Assembly (NCBI GenBank): GCA_964449965.1
Contig: CAYVEO010000006.1
Span: 308-64,307 of the forward strand
Source of the DNA: an uncultured Planctomycetia bacterium
GTDB lineage: Bacteria > Omnitrophota > Gorgyraeia > CAYVEO01
Length of the DNA stretch: 64,000 nt
Reading direction: 5' to 3'
Shown: piece after piece, positions 9,878 to 18,364 of the stretch
How the letters are laid out: every line of letters starts with the position of its first letter
Position numbering within the stretch: position 1 is the stretch's first letter
Notes under the pieces: generated by a model
Databases searched by the model: none
Told to the model about the DNA's origin: nothing
Seen by the model: only the letters and a program-made list of their open reading frames with translations
Made by a program: the position numbers and the translations under genes

Positions 9878-11328
9878 TAAAAGGCGGGTTAAAACTAAAA
9901 TTAATATTGTCTGTATGTATTACTATTGCCTTCCTGATAGGTTTGCTCACATATCTTATAGTCCACATCCAGACTGATGCCATGCTGAAAAAAACCAGGA
10001 ATTCCAATCGTATGATGAGCCAGATGTTCTATCAGCATCTGGAACTTGCGATGCTCACAGGCAAAAGAGAAGAGATCCAAAGGTTATTGCAGGATGTTGG
10101 CAAATATGAAGGTATCAGAGCCATCAAGATATTTGATGAAACAGGCAGGATAGTATTTTGTTCAAATCCCCAGTTTATCGGACAGAAGATAGACTTTCAT
10201 CACATGGATATATTTAAAGAAGAAAATATACATAGGACACTTGATTTTACGGAAAGTCATGATGAGTTCCACCTCGTTACACCTATCAGGAACAAAAGGG
10301 AATGTCAGAGATGCCATGGTGTTGAAAAAGAATTCATGGGGGCATTGGACCTGGATATATCATTGGCATCTATGATAAAAGATGTTGCCACGAACAGAAA
10401 CGTTATGATTTCATTTGCAATACTGACAATACTTGTTGTATCATTAGTAATATCCCTCTTTACTATGAAATTCGTCAGCCGTCCCATAACGCATCTCATA
10501 GGCACAATGCAGGAGGTAGAAAAAGGTAATTTAAACAAACGGGTAAATCTGGCAACCAACGATGAATTGGGCATGTTAGGTGAAAGTTTTAATTCAATGA
10601 TATCTAAGTTAGATGAGGCAAAAAAAGAACTGCAAGTCCTGCACGAGAGCGAACTCGCGAGGGCAGACAGATTAGCTTCTATAGGAGAACTTGCCTCTGG
10701 TATAGCCCATGAGATAAAGAATCCATTAGCAGGAATAGGTGCTGCCATTCAAGTTCTATCTGAAGGTGTCGCAAAAGATGACCCCCAAAAAGAGGTGCTG
10801 GATGAGATAATAAAGCAGATAGAAAGACTGAACAAGACGATAAAGGATTTCTTGGCTTATGCCAGACCGACTGAGCCCCGTATGGCAATATACGACATAA
10901 CTGATGTTGCGAAAAAGGCGGCCTTCTTGATAAGGAAACAGGCAGAAAACCAGAAGGTTGCAATAGAAGAGAATTATAAATACAATATCCCGGGATTACT
11001 GATAGACCCGGAACAGGTCCAGCAGGTTATGGTAAATATCATGCTCAACGCGGTTCAGGCGATGCCTGAGGGGGGCAGGTTAATAATATCAGCGAAGGCT
11101 GAACCTAAATTCGCAGAACTCTCCATCACCGATACAGGCAAAGGTATTCCAAAAGATAATCTTGCTAAAATCTTTACACCATTTTATACTACAAAACATC
11201 AAGGGACCGGATTAGGGCTCTCTATCAGTAACAGGATTATAGAGAAGCATAATGGGAGTATAAGGGTGGAGAGTGAGGTAGGGAAAGGCACTACATTCAG
11301 GATTAGGCTGCCAATAAAAGATGTCTAA
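9850..11328 (+). CDS. Sensor histidine kinase with periplasmic heme c motif, HAMP, HisKA and HATPase domains
   Basis: Two TMs flanking CQRCH; AHEIKNPL H-box; NAVQAM, DTGKGI, GTGLGL. Confidence 0.93.
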   Translation: MYTMSQGRVIKGGLKLKLILSVCITIAFLIGLLTYLIVHIQTDAMLKKTRNSNRMMSQMFYQHLELAMLTGKREEIQRLLQDVGKYEGIRAIKIFDETGRIVFCSNPQFIGQKIDFHHMDIFKEENIHRTLDFTESHDEFHLVTPIRNKRECQRCHGVEKEFMGALDLDISLASMIKDVATNRNVMISFAILTILVVSLVISLFTMKFVSRPITHLIGTMQEVEKGNLNKRVNLATNDELGMLGESFNSMISKLDEAKKELQVLHESELARADRLASIGELASGIAHEIKNPLAGIGAAIQVLSEGVAKDDPQKEVLDEIIKQIERLNKTIKDFLAYARPTEPRMAIYDITDVAKKAAFLIRKQAENQKVAIEENYKYNIPGLLIDPEQVQQVMVNIMLNAVQAMPEGGRLIISAKAEPKFAELSITDTGKGIPKDNLAKIFTPFYTTKHQGTGLGLSISNRIIEKHNGSIRVESEVGKGTTFRIRLPIKDV

Positions 11329-12706
11329 ATTTAAAATCCTTGTCGTAGATGATGAAAAACTGGTAAGGTGGTCATTAGAACATGCCCTTACCATGGAGGG
11401 GTATGCCGTATCCACTGCTGAGACAGGTGAGGAGGCAATCCATAAGATTAAGGGTGAGTCTCCTGACCTCATCCTGCTTGATGTAAAACTTCCTGGTGGA
11501 ATTGACGGTATCGCAGTATTGGCAAAACTCAGGGAATTTGATAAAGAGGCGATAGCGATTATGCTCACAGCCCATGATACAGCAGAGGCTGCAGTCCGTG
11601 CATTGAAATTAGGGGCGTATGAATATATATGCAAACCTTTTAATCTTGATGAATTGAAGATTATTATCAAAAATGCCTTTGAAACGGTAAGCTTACGGCG
11701 GCAGGTGGCGATTATCCGCTCAAGACAGGAAGCAGAGTTTGGATTTGACAACATTATTGGAAAGAGCCCGGCAATGCATGAGGTATTCACTATGATTAAA
11801 AAGGTATCAGAGACTGATACTACGACAATCCTCCTCTTGGGTGAAAGCGGAACCGGGAAGGACCTGGTTGCAAGGACGATTCATTATTCTGGCTCAAGAA
11901 AAGACAGCCCTTTTCTTGAGGTAAATTGTGCCGCACTTCCGGAGAACCTTCTGGAGAGTGAGTTGTTAGGATACGAAAAAGGAGCCTTCACCGATGCCAA
12001 GTCACAGAAGAAGGGCATGTTTGAATTAGCAGACGGAGGTTCTATATTTCTTGACGAGATAGGCGATATGAAGTTATCAATGCAGGTAAAACTCTTGAAG
12101 GTGATTGAGGATAAAAGATTCAAAAGGATTGGTGGGACGAGCGATGTAGAGGTTGACGTCCGGATTATCGCTGCCAGTAACAGGGACTTAGCAAAGGCTG
12201 TTAAAGAAGAGAAGTTCAGGGAAGACCTTTACTACAGGTTGAATATAGTGCCCATTACCATTCCGCCGCTGCGGGAACGAAAAGAGGATATCCCTCTATT
12301 AATAAAATTCTTCATTGATAAATTTAATAGTGAGTTCAAAAAGGATGTTAAAGGTATATCAAAAAAAGCTGAGGAACTACTTCTCAACTACGCATGGCCC
12401 GGAAACGTGAGAGAGATAAAGAACGTCATAGAACGGGCAATGATTTTAGAGAACATTGGAATTATATCAGACAGTCATCTGCCTATAGAGATAGGGGGTT
12501 ACGAATCAGTTCCTGTTAAAGAAATAAAGGGTTTGTTTAAAATACCTCTTCAGGGAATTGATATGGAAGAGGTTGAAAAAGAATTAGTCCGGCAGGCATT
12601 GGACATGGCGGTCGGGAATCAGACCAGGGCAGCAAAACTTCTCAACATTAAAAGAGATGCGCTCAGATACAAGATGCAAAAATTCGGATTTCTTGCAGAA
12701 AAGTAG
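11321..12706 (+). CDS. Sigma54-dependent NtrC-family response regulator
   Basis: Receiver (LVVDD, LLDVKLP), GESGTGK, GAFTDA, WPGNVRE, Fis HTH. Confidence 0.96.
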   Translation: MSKFKILVVDDEKLVRWSLEHALTMEGYAVSTAETGEEAIHKIKGESPDLILLDVKLPGGIDGIAVLAKLREFDKEAIAIMLTAHDTAEAAVRALKLGAYEYICKPFNLDELKIIIKNAFETVSLRRQVAIIRSRQEAEFGFDNIIGKSPAMHEVFTMIKKVSETDTTTILLLGESGTGKDLVARTIHYSGSRKDSPFLEVNCAALPENLLESELLGYEKGAFTDAKSQKKGMFELADGGSIFLDEIGDMKLSMQVKLLKVIEDKRFKRIGGTSDVEVDVRIIAASNRDLAKAVKEEKFREDLYYRLNIVPITIPPLRERKEDIPLLIKFFIDKFNSEFKKDVKGISKKAEELLLNYAWPGNVREIKNVIERAMILENIGIISDSHLPIEIGGYESVPVKEIKGLFKIPLQGIDMEEVEKELVRQALDMAVGNQTRAAKLLNIKRDALRYKMQKFGFLAEK

Positions 12707-12856
12707 GAGGCATATTTACCTCTCATCGGACGTTTGTTTGCCCCTGCGTGTCAAACTTCACTCATTTTTTGCGCTCGCTCGTCCGCCAAAAAGATGGCGG
12801 ACACCGTGCCCGCTCGCACAAAAGATGCCTCTTCAAGGCAAATATGCCTCCTACTT
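12701..12856. mobile_element. MITE/REPIN-like element with 17-bp terminal inverted repeats
   Basis: aagtaggaggcatattt (12701-12717) and aaatatgcctcctactt (12840-12856); internal hairpin gtccgcca-aaaaga-tggcggac; related copy at 6303. Confidence 0.7.
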
Positions 12857-13751
12857 AATTATAATATTACTGTACGCTTTCCCTGGTTTTTGTGAAGAGG
12901 TTAACCCAGCCAAATTCATATTCAGTATTGAGAGAGAGGCAAGCGAGGCATTAGAGAAACCAAAAGAAATATTTATAGACGTAGAGCATAGAGAAATCTA
13001 CGTGATAGACAATAAGGGAAAGGTAAGGCTCCAGGTATTTAATCTGGAAGGCTCATTTCTATACGACTTAGATATAGGGACAAAATTTAGCCTTATATCC
13101 GGTATTGGGGTATCAAAATCCGGCAGGATTTACATATCAGTCCCCGCTGCAAAAGAGGTGACAATCCTTGATTTTCGCGGGAAATTTATCAATAAACTGG
13201 ATTTCTCCGATATTCCTGAAACAAAAGAACTTCTCCCCGGGAAACTAACCCTTGATGCGGATGGAAACCTGTATTGCATTGACCACAAGAATCAACAGGT
13301 TCTGGTATTTGATGATAGGGATGGTTTCAAATTTAAATTCGGGTCAAAGGGAAATGATGACGGTAAATTTCAAAATATTTCAGACATAACGGTTTCTCAC
13401 AGCAATATATTTGTCTTAGATGCTTATCTGGGACGCATCTCAGTCTTTGATAAGGAAGGGAAGTTCCTGTTAAAATTCGGGCAAAAGGGCAGCGGTGTAG
13501 GCAAGATGAGCCAGCCATCAGGAATTGCCGTAGATAAGGACGGGAATATTTTTATAGCAGATAGTTTCAGGCACAATGTTCTTGTATTTAATAAGGATTA
13601 TAACCTGTGGTTTGAATTTGGTGGATTAGGAACAGGAACTAACTGGTTTATAAATCCTTCTGAGATAGCCATTGACGAAACGGGACGTATCTATGTAGTT
13701 GACTGGGGCAATGGCCGTATACAGGTATTTGAAATTGAGAAACCAAAATAA
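12825..13751 (+). CDS. Secreted NHL-repeat beta-propeller protein
   Basis: P.GIAVDKDGNIFIADS, FGSKG..DGKF repeats. Signal-like MPLQGKYASYLIIILLYAFPGFC from ATG 12825; the track start 12657 runs through the repeat. Confidence 0.88.
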   Translation: MPLQGKYASYLIIILLYAFPGFCEEVNPAKFIFSIEREASEALEKPKEIFIDVEHREIYVIDNKGKVRLQVFNLEGSFLYDLDIGTKFSLISGIGVSKSGRIYISVPAAKEVTILDFRGKFINKLDFSDIPETKELLPGKLTLDADGNLYCIDHKNQQVLVFDDRDGFKFKFGSKGNDDGKFQNISDITVSHSNIFVLDAYLGRISVFDKEGKFLLKFGQKGSGVGKMSQPSGIAVDKDGNIFIADSFRHNVLVFNKDYNLWFEFGGLGTGTNWFINPSEIAIDETGRIYVVDWGNGRIQVFEIEKPK

Positions 13752-13817
13752 ATCCAATAAAGTTTTTGAGGTGGAAATTTCTTGCTTTTAGAGGGGATTT
13801 CTGGTAAGATATAAATA

Positions 13818-14120
13818 ATGAAAAAACTTCCTGGGTTCCTAAAAAAATATTTTTGGGATGTAGAATTTAAAAAAATAGACCCGAATAAAACTAAGATATA
13901 CGTTCTGAGGCGAATTCTTGATTATGGAGATGAGAAAGCAGTTACCTGGATGTACAAGAATTTTAAAAAATCAGAGATAAAAAATGCCTTGTCTAATTTT
14001 CGTGGCTATTCTCAAAAAAGTGCTAATTACTGGGCTCTTATATTAGATATACCAAAGGAAGAGGTATTATGTTTGAAGAAACGCTCATTAAGGGAGCGAA
14101 GGATATTCTGGCCTTATTAG
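13818..14120 (+). CDS. DUF6922-like putative antitoxin
   Basis: FWDV...D....YVLRRILDYGD signature; overlaps the AbiEii gene. Confidence 0.75.
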   Translation: MKKLPGFLKKYFWDVEFKKIDPNKTKIYVLRRILDYGDEKAVTWMYKNFKKSEIKNALSNFRGYSQKSANYWALILDIPKEEVLCLKKRSLRERRIFWPY

Positions 14121-14692
14121 GTCGTTCAAATATCTTAAAAGATGCATATTTGGCAGGTGGTACGGCAGCAGCCCTCCAATTAGGACACCGTATTTCTGTA
14201 GATTTTGACTTTTTTACTTCTAAGGAATTTGTGCCCAGAGTTTTTTCTACTGAACTATCAAAATTGGGTTCCTTTGACGAGGAACAGGCAGACAAAGGGA
14301 CCGTCTTAGGGGAATTTAAGGGGATAAAATTCAGCCTTTTTATCTATAAATACCCCTTAATTTTTCCTCCTAAAAAATATTTGTCATTGAATATAGCCGA
14401 TATTAGAGACATTGCCGCAATGAAAATAGACGCTATAGCAACTCGTGGGGCAAAGAGGGATTTTATTGATTCGTATTTTATATGTAAAGATGGTTACGGA
14501 TTAGATGAAATATTGGGGTTTTACAATAAAAAATACGGGAAATTGGTTTCTAATCTTATTCATCTTCAGAAAAGTTTAGTATATTTTAATGATGCTGAAC
14601 CAGAGATAATGCCAAAGATGTTAAAGAAAGTGAAGTGGGAAGAAATAAAAAAATATTTTGAGAACGAAGTAAAGAGATTGACAAGAGAATAA
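14069..14692 (+). CDS. AbiEii/AbiGii nucleotidyltransferase toxin (type IV TA)
   Basis: YLAGGTAAALQLGHRISVDFDFF; DIAAMKIDAIATRGAKRDFID. Confidence 0.9.
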   Translation: MFEETLIKGAKDILALLGRSNILKDAYLAGGTAAALQLGHRISVDFDFFTSKEFVPRVFSTELSKLGSFDEEQADKGTVLGEFKGIKFSLFIYKYPLIFPPKKYLSLNIADIRDIAAMKIDAIATRGAKRDFIDSYFICKDGYGLDEILGFYNKKYGKLVSNLIHLQKSLVYFNDAEPEIMPKMLKKVKWEEIKKYFENEVKRLTRE

Positions 14693-14912
14693 GAAAAATT
14701 ACGCAAGAGTGCGTGAAATGCCGCAAGACATATCTTTAATAATTACAAAGTATTACGCTATTTTCCATGAGTTTTTGGATTAAACTGTGAATAATTTCGC
14801 AACCTGCATGATTTAAAACCTTCCTTAATGGGACGTCTCCCAAAAATATTTCCATATATAACCATATAATCCACATTGGGTTACATAAACACATTCCTTA
14901 AAATTATAGATT

Positions 14913-14928
14913 TGGCACGGAAATTGCT
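14913..14928 (+). promoter_or_regulatory. Sigma54 -24/-12 promoter
   Basis: TGGCACggaaaTTGCT matches TGGCAC-N5-TTGC(A/T); lies upstream of the receiver-omcS-like operon. Confidence 0.9.
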
Positions 14929-14940
14929 AATAATATAGGT

Positions 14941-15318
14941 ATGGTTGAAAAATATAGAATCCTGATAGTAGATGATGACAAATTAGTCAGGTGGTCTTTG
15001 ATAGAGGTTTTAAATAAAAATGGCTACGAGGCTACTTCTACTGAAACAGGAGAAGAGGCTATTAATAAGATTGAAGATGTAAAGTTTGATTTGGTTATAA
15101 CTGATTTGAGACTACCCGGGATAGGCGGATTTGAGGTCTTAAACAGGGTAAAAGAAATCAATCCATCTACAAAGGTAATCATGATTACTGCTTATGGCAG
15201 TGAAGGTGTAGCAAATGAGGCAAGGGAAAAGGGAGCCGAACTATTCGTGAATAAGCCTTTTGAGATAAATAGGATTAGAGAAGAGGTAAAGGAGATATTA
15301 TTAAAGGGAGGGGATTAG
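14941..15318 (+). CDS. Stand-alone response regulator receiver
   Basis: ILIVDDD, ITDLRLPG, MITAYG, NKPF. Confidence 0.93.
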   Translation: MVEKYRILIVDDDKLVRWSLIEVLNKNGYEATSTETGEEAINKIEDVKFDLVITDLRLPGIGGFEVLNRVKEINPSTKVIMITAYGSEGVANEAREKGAELFVNKPFEINRIREEVKEILLKGGD

Positions 15319-15376
15319 AATGTGTAAGACTAAAGATATAAGGATTAAAAAAATAAGAGAGAAAGGAGGGATAGAG

Positions 15377-16393
15377 ATGAAGGGGATAGCAAGATATATT
15401 CTGATAGTGATGGGTGTAATAGCACTGGCAATGATTCTACCAATGGATAGTGTCTATGCAGTTCATAAGGGGGCAGGCGGATTGGACTGTTCAGGATGCC
15501 ATACTATGCACAATAGCCAGCAGGGTTCAACAATGGGTGGCGGTCCAACAGGGAGACTTTTAAAGGCAGCCGATACAGAAGGGCTATGTCTCTCGTGTCA
15601 TGATACTGCAGGCTCTCAATATACCACATATCAGGCGACTGTTCCGGCAGTGAAAGGAACCCCGTCTGGTACACCTGCGGCAGGAAATTTCACGGATTTA
15701 GACGGGACGAATGATGCCGCAGGGCAGACAGCCAAGGGTAAAGGGCATAACTTAGGTGAGGGGGCAGCTACATTAACTCCTCCGGGTGGAGCATCAATGA
15801 CTGGCTTTACCTGCACAAATTGCCACGACCCGCATGGTGTATCTACCGACAGTACTTCAGTTTCTGCATTCAGAAATCTGAGATTTAATCCAACTGGCTC
15901 AGGTGGTGGTGGACCATCAGTAATCAATGCAGGTCCTGCTGAAGGGACATTGGCAAGTGCAGTATATCCTGAGACGACTTACTATTATGGAAAGGTAACT
16001 GGTGGAGCCGCACTGAGTAATATATCCCAGTGGTGCGGGACATGCCATGATTCATTCTATGGCGATTCCAATACTGGTACAGCATCGCCTTATACACGTC
16101 ATGCGACCGGGAATCCTACAACGGCTCATAATTTGAGCGCTGTTGACTATACAAATTACTCTGGTGTAACAGAGGCAAGCAGGTTCCCTGCTGAAGATAG
16201 TGCTACAAGTGCAACTGCCAATAGTAGTAATACTACCAATAAGGCGGCAGGAAATGAGTCTGCTGATGGAGTTTTATGCTTATCATGCCATAAGGCACAT
16301 GCTACGGCTAATACTGATAGCTTGAGGTGGAGTTATGCAGCTGCGGCACAGTCCTCACCAGGCAGCGCTTGCCAGCAGTGTCATAACAAGTAA
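15377..16393 (+). CDS. OmcS-like hexaheme cytochrome (candidate nanowire subunit 1)
   Basis: RBS aaggaggg before ATG 15377; signal peptide; VH...CSGCHTMHNS, CLSCH, KGHNL, PPGG, CTNCHDPHG, WCGTCH, TRH, CLSCHKAHA, terminal CQQCH. Same motif order as Geobacter OmcS. Confidence 0.85.
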   Translation: MKGIARYILIVMGVIALAMILPMDSVYAVHKGAGGLDCSGCHTMHNSQQGSTMGGGPTGRLLKAADTEGLCLSCHDTAGSQYTTYQATVPAVKGTPSGTPAAGNFTDLDGTNDAAGQTAKGKGHNLGEGAATLTPPGGASMTGFTCTNCHDPHGVSTDSTSVSAFRNLRFNPTGSGGGGPSVINAGPAEGTLASAVYPETTYYYGKVTGGAALSNISQWCGTCHDSFYGDSNTGTASPYTRHATGNPTTAHNLSAVDYTNYSGVTEASRFPAEDSATSATANSSNTTNKAAGNESADGVLCLSCHKAHATANTDSLRWSYAAAAQSSPGSACQQCHNK

Positions 16394-16434
16394 GTGAGAC
16401 GCAGGAAGGTAGTGAATTACCTTCTGAAGGTAAC

Positions 16435-16476
16435 AAAAGGGTGTCAGTAGGTTTTCTACCTTTGACACCCTTTTTT
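16435..16476 (+). terminator. Rho-independent terminator after OmcS-like gene 1
   Basis: aaaagggtgtca ... tgacaccc followed by tttttt. Confidence 0.8.
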
Positions 16477-16522
16477 CTTGCTTGACTTTGGGAGCAGAAT
16501 ATGCTAATTTGTATATAACATT

Positions 16523-17431
16523 ATGATGCTGCCTATAGTTATATTGTTTATTCTGACCAGGCAATTAGTTGCAGTTGCAGATGATACGCCTAAATTAAAA
16601 TATCTATATTCTATAAGTGAGTTAACTAAAAGCGAGGGCATATCAGAACCCCAGTCAATATTTATTGATAAACTGCATGATGAGATATATATAAGTGATA
16701 CAGGGAATAACCGTATTCTTGTATTTAACAAGGATGGATTACTAATTCAGAAGATTGATGGAGCAAAAAATATAATCTCACCTCTGGGGATAGCTGTTGA
16801 CGTTAAATTAGGTAACATCTACGTTAGCGAAAGAGAAAGCGGAAAATTAAAAGTCTTAAATTTTAGGGGTGAAGGAATCTTAGATATAGATCTTTCTAAA
16901 TTAGGCAGAAGTAGTATATCAATTGGCAGGCTCACACTTGATAAGTCGGGGAATTTATACGCTATTGATGGTATGAATCAGGAAATTCTTTCTTTTGACA
17001 TGTCAGGAAATTTCAGATTTAGATTTGGCGGCATCGGAACTAAAGAAGGACAATTTGAGATGTTACAGGATATAGGGATAGATGAAGACGGCAGGGTCTA
17101 TGCAGTCAGTTCCTTGGGGACTTCTGTTCAGGTATTTGACCGTGACGGCAGATACCTATCTGGTTTTGGTAAACATGGGGCTGATGAAGCAAAACTATCA
17201 TTTCCAGCAGGTATAGGGATAGACAGAAATAATAGACTTTGGCTTACTGACAGTTTCCAGCATTCTTTAAAGGTATTTGACCATAACGGGAAGTTTCTCT
17301 TTAAATGGGGAAATATGGGGAGCGGGAATGGTGACTTTTTATTCCCGGTAGACATTGATTTTGATAGTAAGGGGAATATCTATGTCCTGGAAAAAGGGAA
17401 TAGTCGTGTTCAAGTATTTGAGGAACAATGA
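16523..17431 (+). CDS. Secreted NHL-repeat beta-propeller protein
   Basis: Signal peptide; PLGIAVD, FPAGIGID, FPVDIDFDSKGNIYV repeats. Confidence 0.9.
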   Translation: MMLPIVILFILTRQLVAVADDTPKLKYLYSISELTKSEGISEPQSIFIDKLHDEIYISDTGNNRILVFNKDGLLIQKIDGAKNIISPLGIAVDVKLGNIYVSERESGKLKVLNFRGEGILDIDLSKLGRSSISIGRLTLDKSGNLYAIDGMNQEILSFDMSGNFRFRFGGIGTKEGQFEMLQDIGIDEDGRVYAVSSLGTSVQVFDRDGRYLSGFGKHGADEAKLSFPAGIGIDRNNRLWLTDSFQHSLKVFDHNGKFLFKWGNMGSGNGDFLFPVDIDFDSKGNIYVLEKGNSRVQVFEEQ

Positions 17432-18356
17432 AATTCTTCCTGCAATTCTTGCAATCATTGTGTGGTCTGTTGCTGTCCCTGTTTCAGCAGGAGACTATCA
17501 CACTGTAGGCACTTCAAGTCTTATATGTTCGGACTGCCACACTATTCACTACACCCAGTTAGGGACAAGATATGAGGCAGGTGGACCATGGCCAAGGTTA
17601 CTGTTATATTCTGCTATAACAGGATTATGTCTATCCTGCCATGATGGGCAGACATCCATCCCTGATGTCCTGCAGGCAGCGGGTGCAGGCCAGCCTGCTA
17701 ACAGGGCTGCAGGTGCATTTCAGGCATTGTCCGGAAACTCTACGCCTAACGGTCATAATTTAGGTGTGGCAGGGACGCCTCCCGGAGGGACAGGCTCAAT
17801 GACTCTTACATGCACATCCTGTCATGACCCGCATGGTACTACTAATTACAGGAATCTTAAAACAAGCGTTGGCAGTGGTGGGGCAGCAATTACGTATTCT
17901 GCAGGTGGTTCTAATGACCTTGCTAAATGGGTGTGGGAGATTGCAACGACGCCGATGGCAACACACTATGATGTGAGCAATATAAGGTATAATGAACCCG
18001 TTACAACTGACTCCACATTCAGCGGGTGGTGTGGAGGCTGCCATGGGGATTTTCATGGACTCGTAAACACAGGCGACCCTGAACCATGGACCAGACACCC
18101 TACGGCAAAGGCAAATGTCTCTGCAACTACAAAAACCGATTATACTAACTGGAGCGGGATTACAGGCTCACGTGTTCCTGTAATGAGTGCAAGCGGGACT
18201 GTCCCTGCAACTGATAACACACCCTCGTGTCCATCGTGCCATAAGGCACATGGGTCAGGAAACAAATACGGACTTATATTTGATAATCCGTCAACTGCGT
18301 CATTAGAGGATGGGACGAGCATATTACAGACATGCCAGCAGTGTCATAATCAATAA
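17418..18356 (+). CDS. OmcS-like hexaheme cytochrome (candidate nanowire subunit 2)
   Basis: DYH...CSDCHTIH, CLSCH, GHNLG, PPGG, CTSCHDPHG, WCGGCH, WTRHP, CPSCHKAHG, CQQCH; paralog of 15377. Start uncertain (TTG 17418). Confidence 0.85.
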   Translation: MRNNEILPAILAIIVWSVAVPVSAGDYHTVGTSSLICSDCHTIHYTQLGTRYEAGGPWPRLLLYSAITGLCLSCHDGQTSIPDVLQAAGAGQPANRAAGAFQALSGNSTPNGHNLGVAGTPPGGTGSMTLTCTSCHDPHGTTNYRNLKTSVGSGGAAITYSAGGSNDLAKWVWEIATTPMATHYDVSNIRYNEPVTTDSTFSGWCGGCHGDFHGLVNTGDPEPWTRHPTAKANVSATTKTDYTNWSGITGSRVPVMSASGTVPATDNTPSCPSCHKAHGSGNKYGLIFDNPSTASLEDGTSILQTCQQCHNQ

Positions 18357-18364
18357 GGGGTTAT

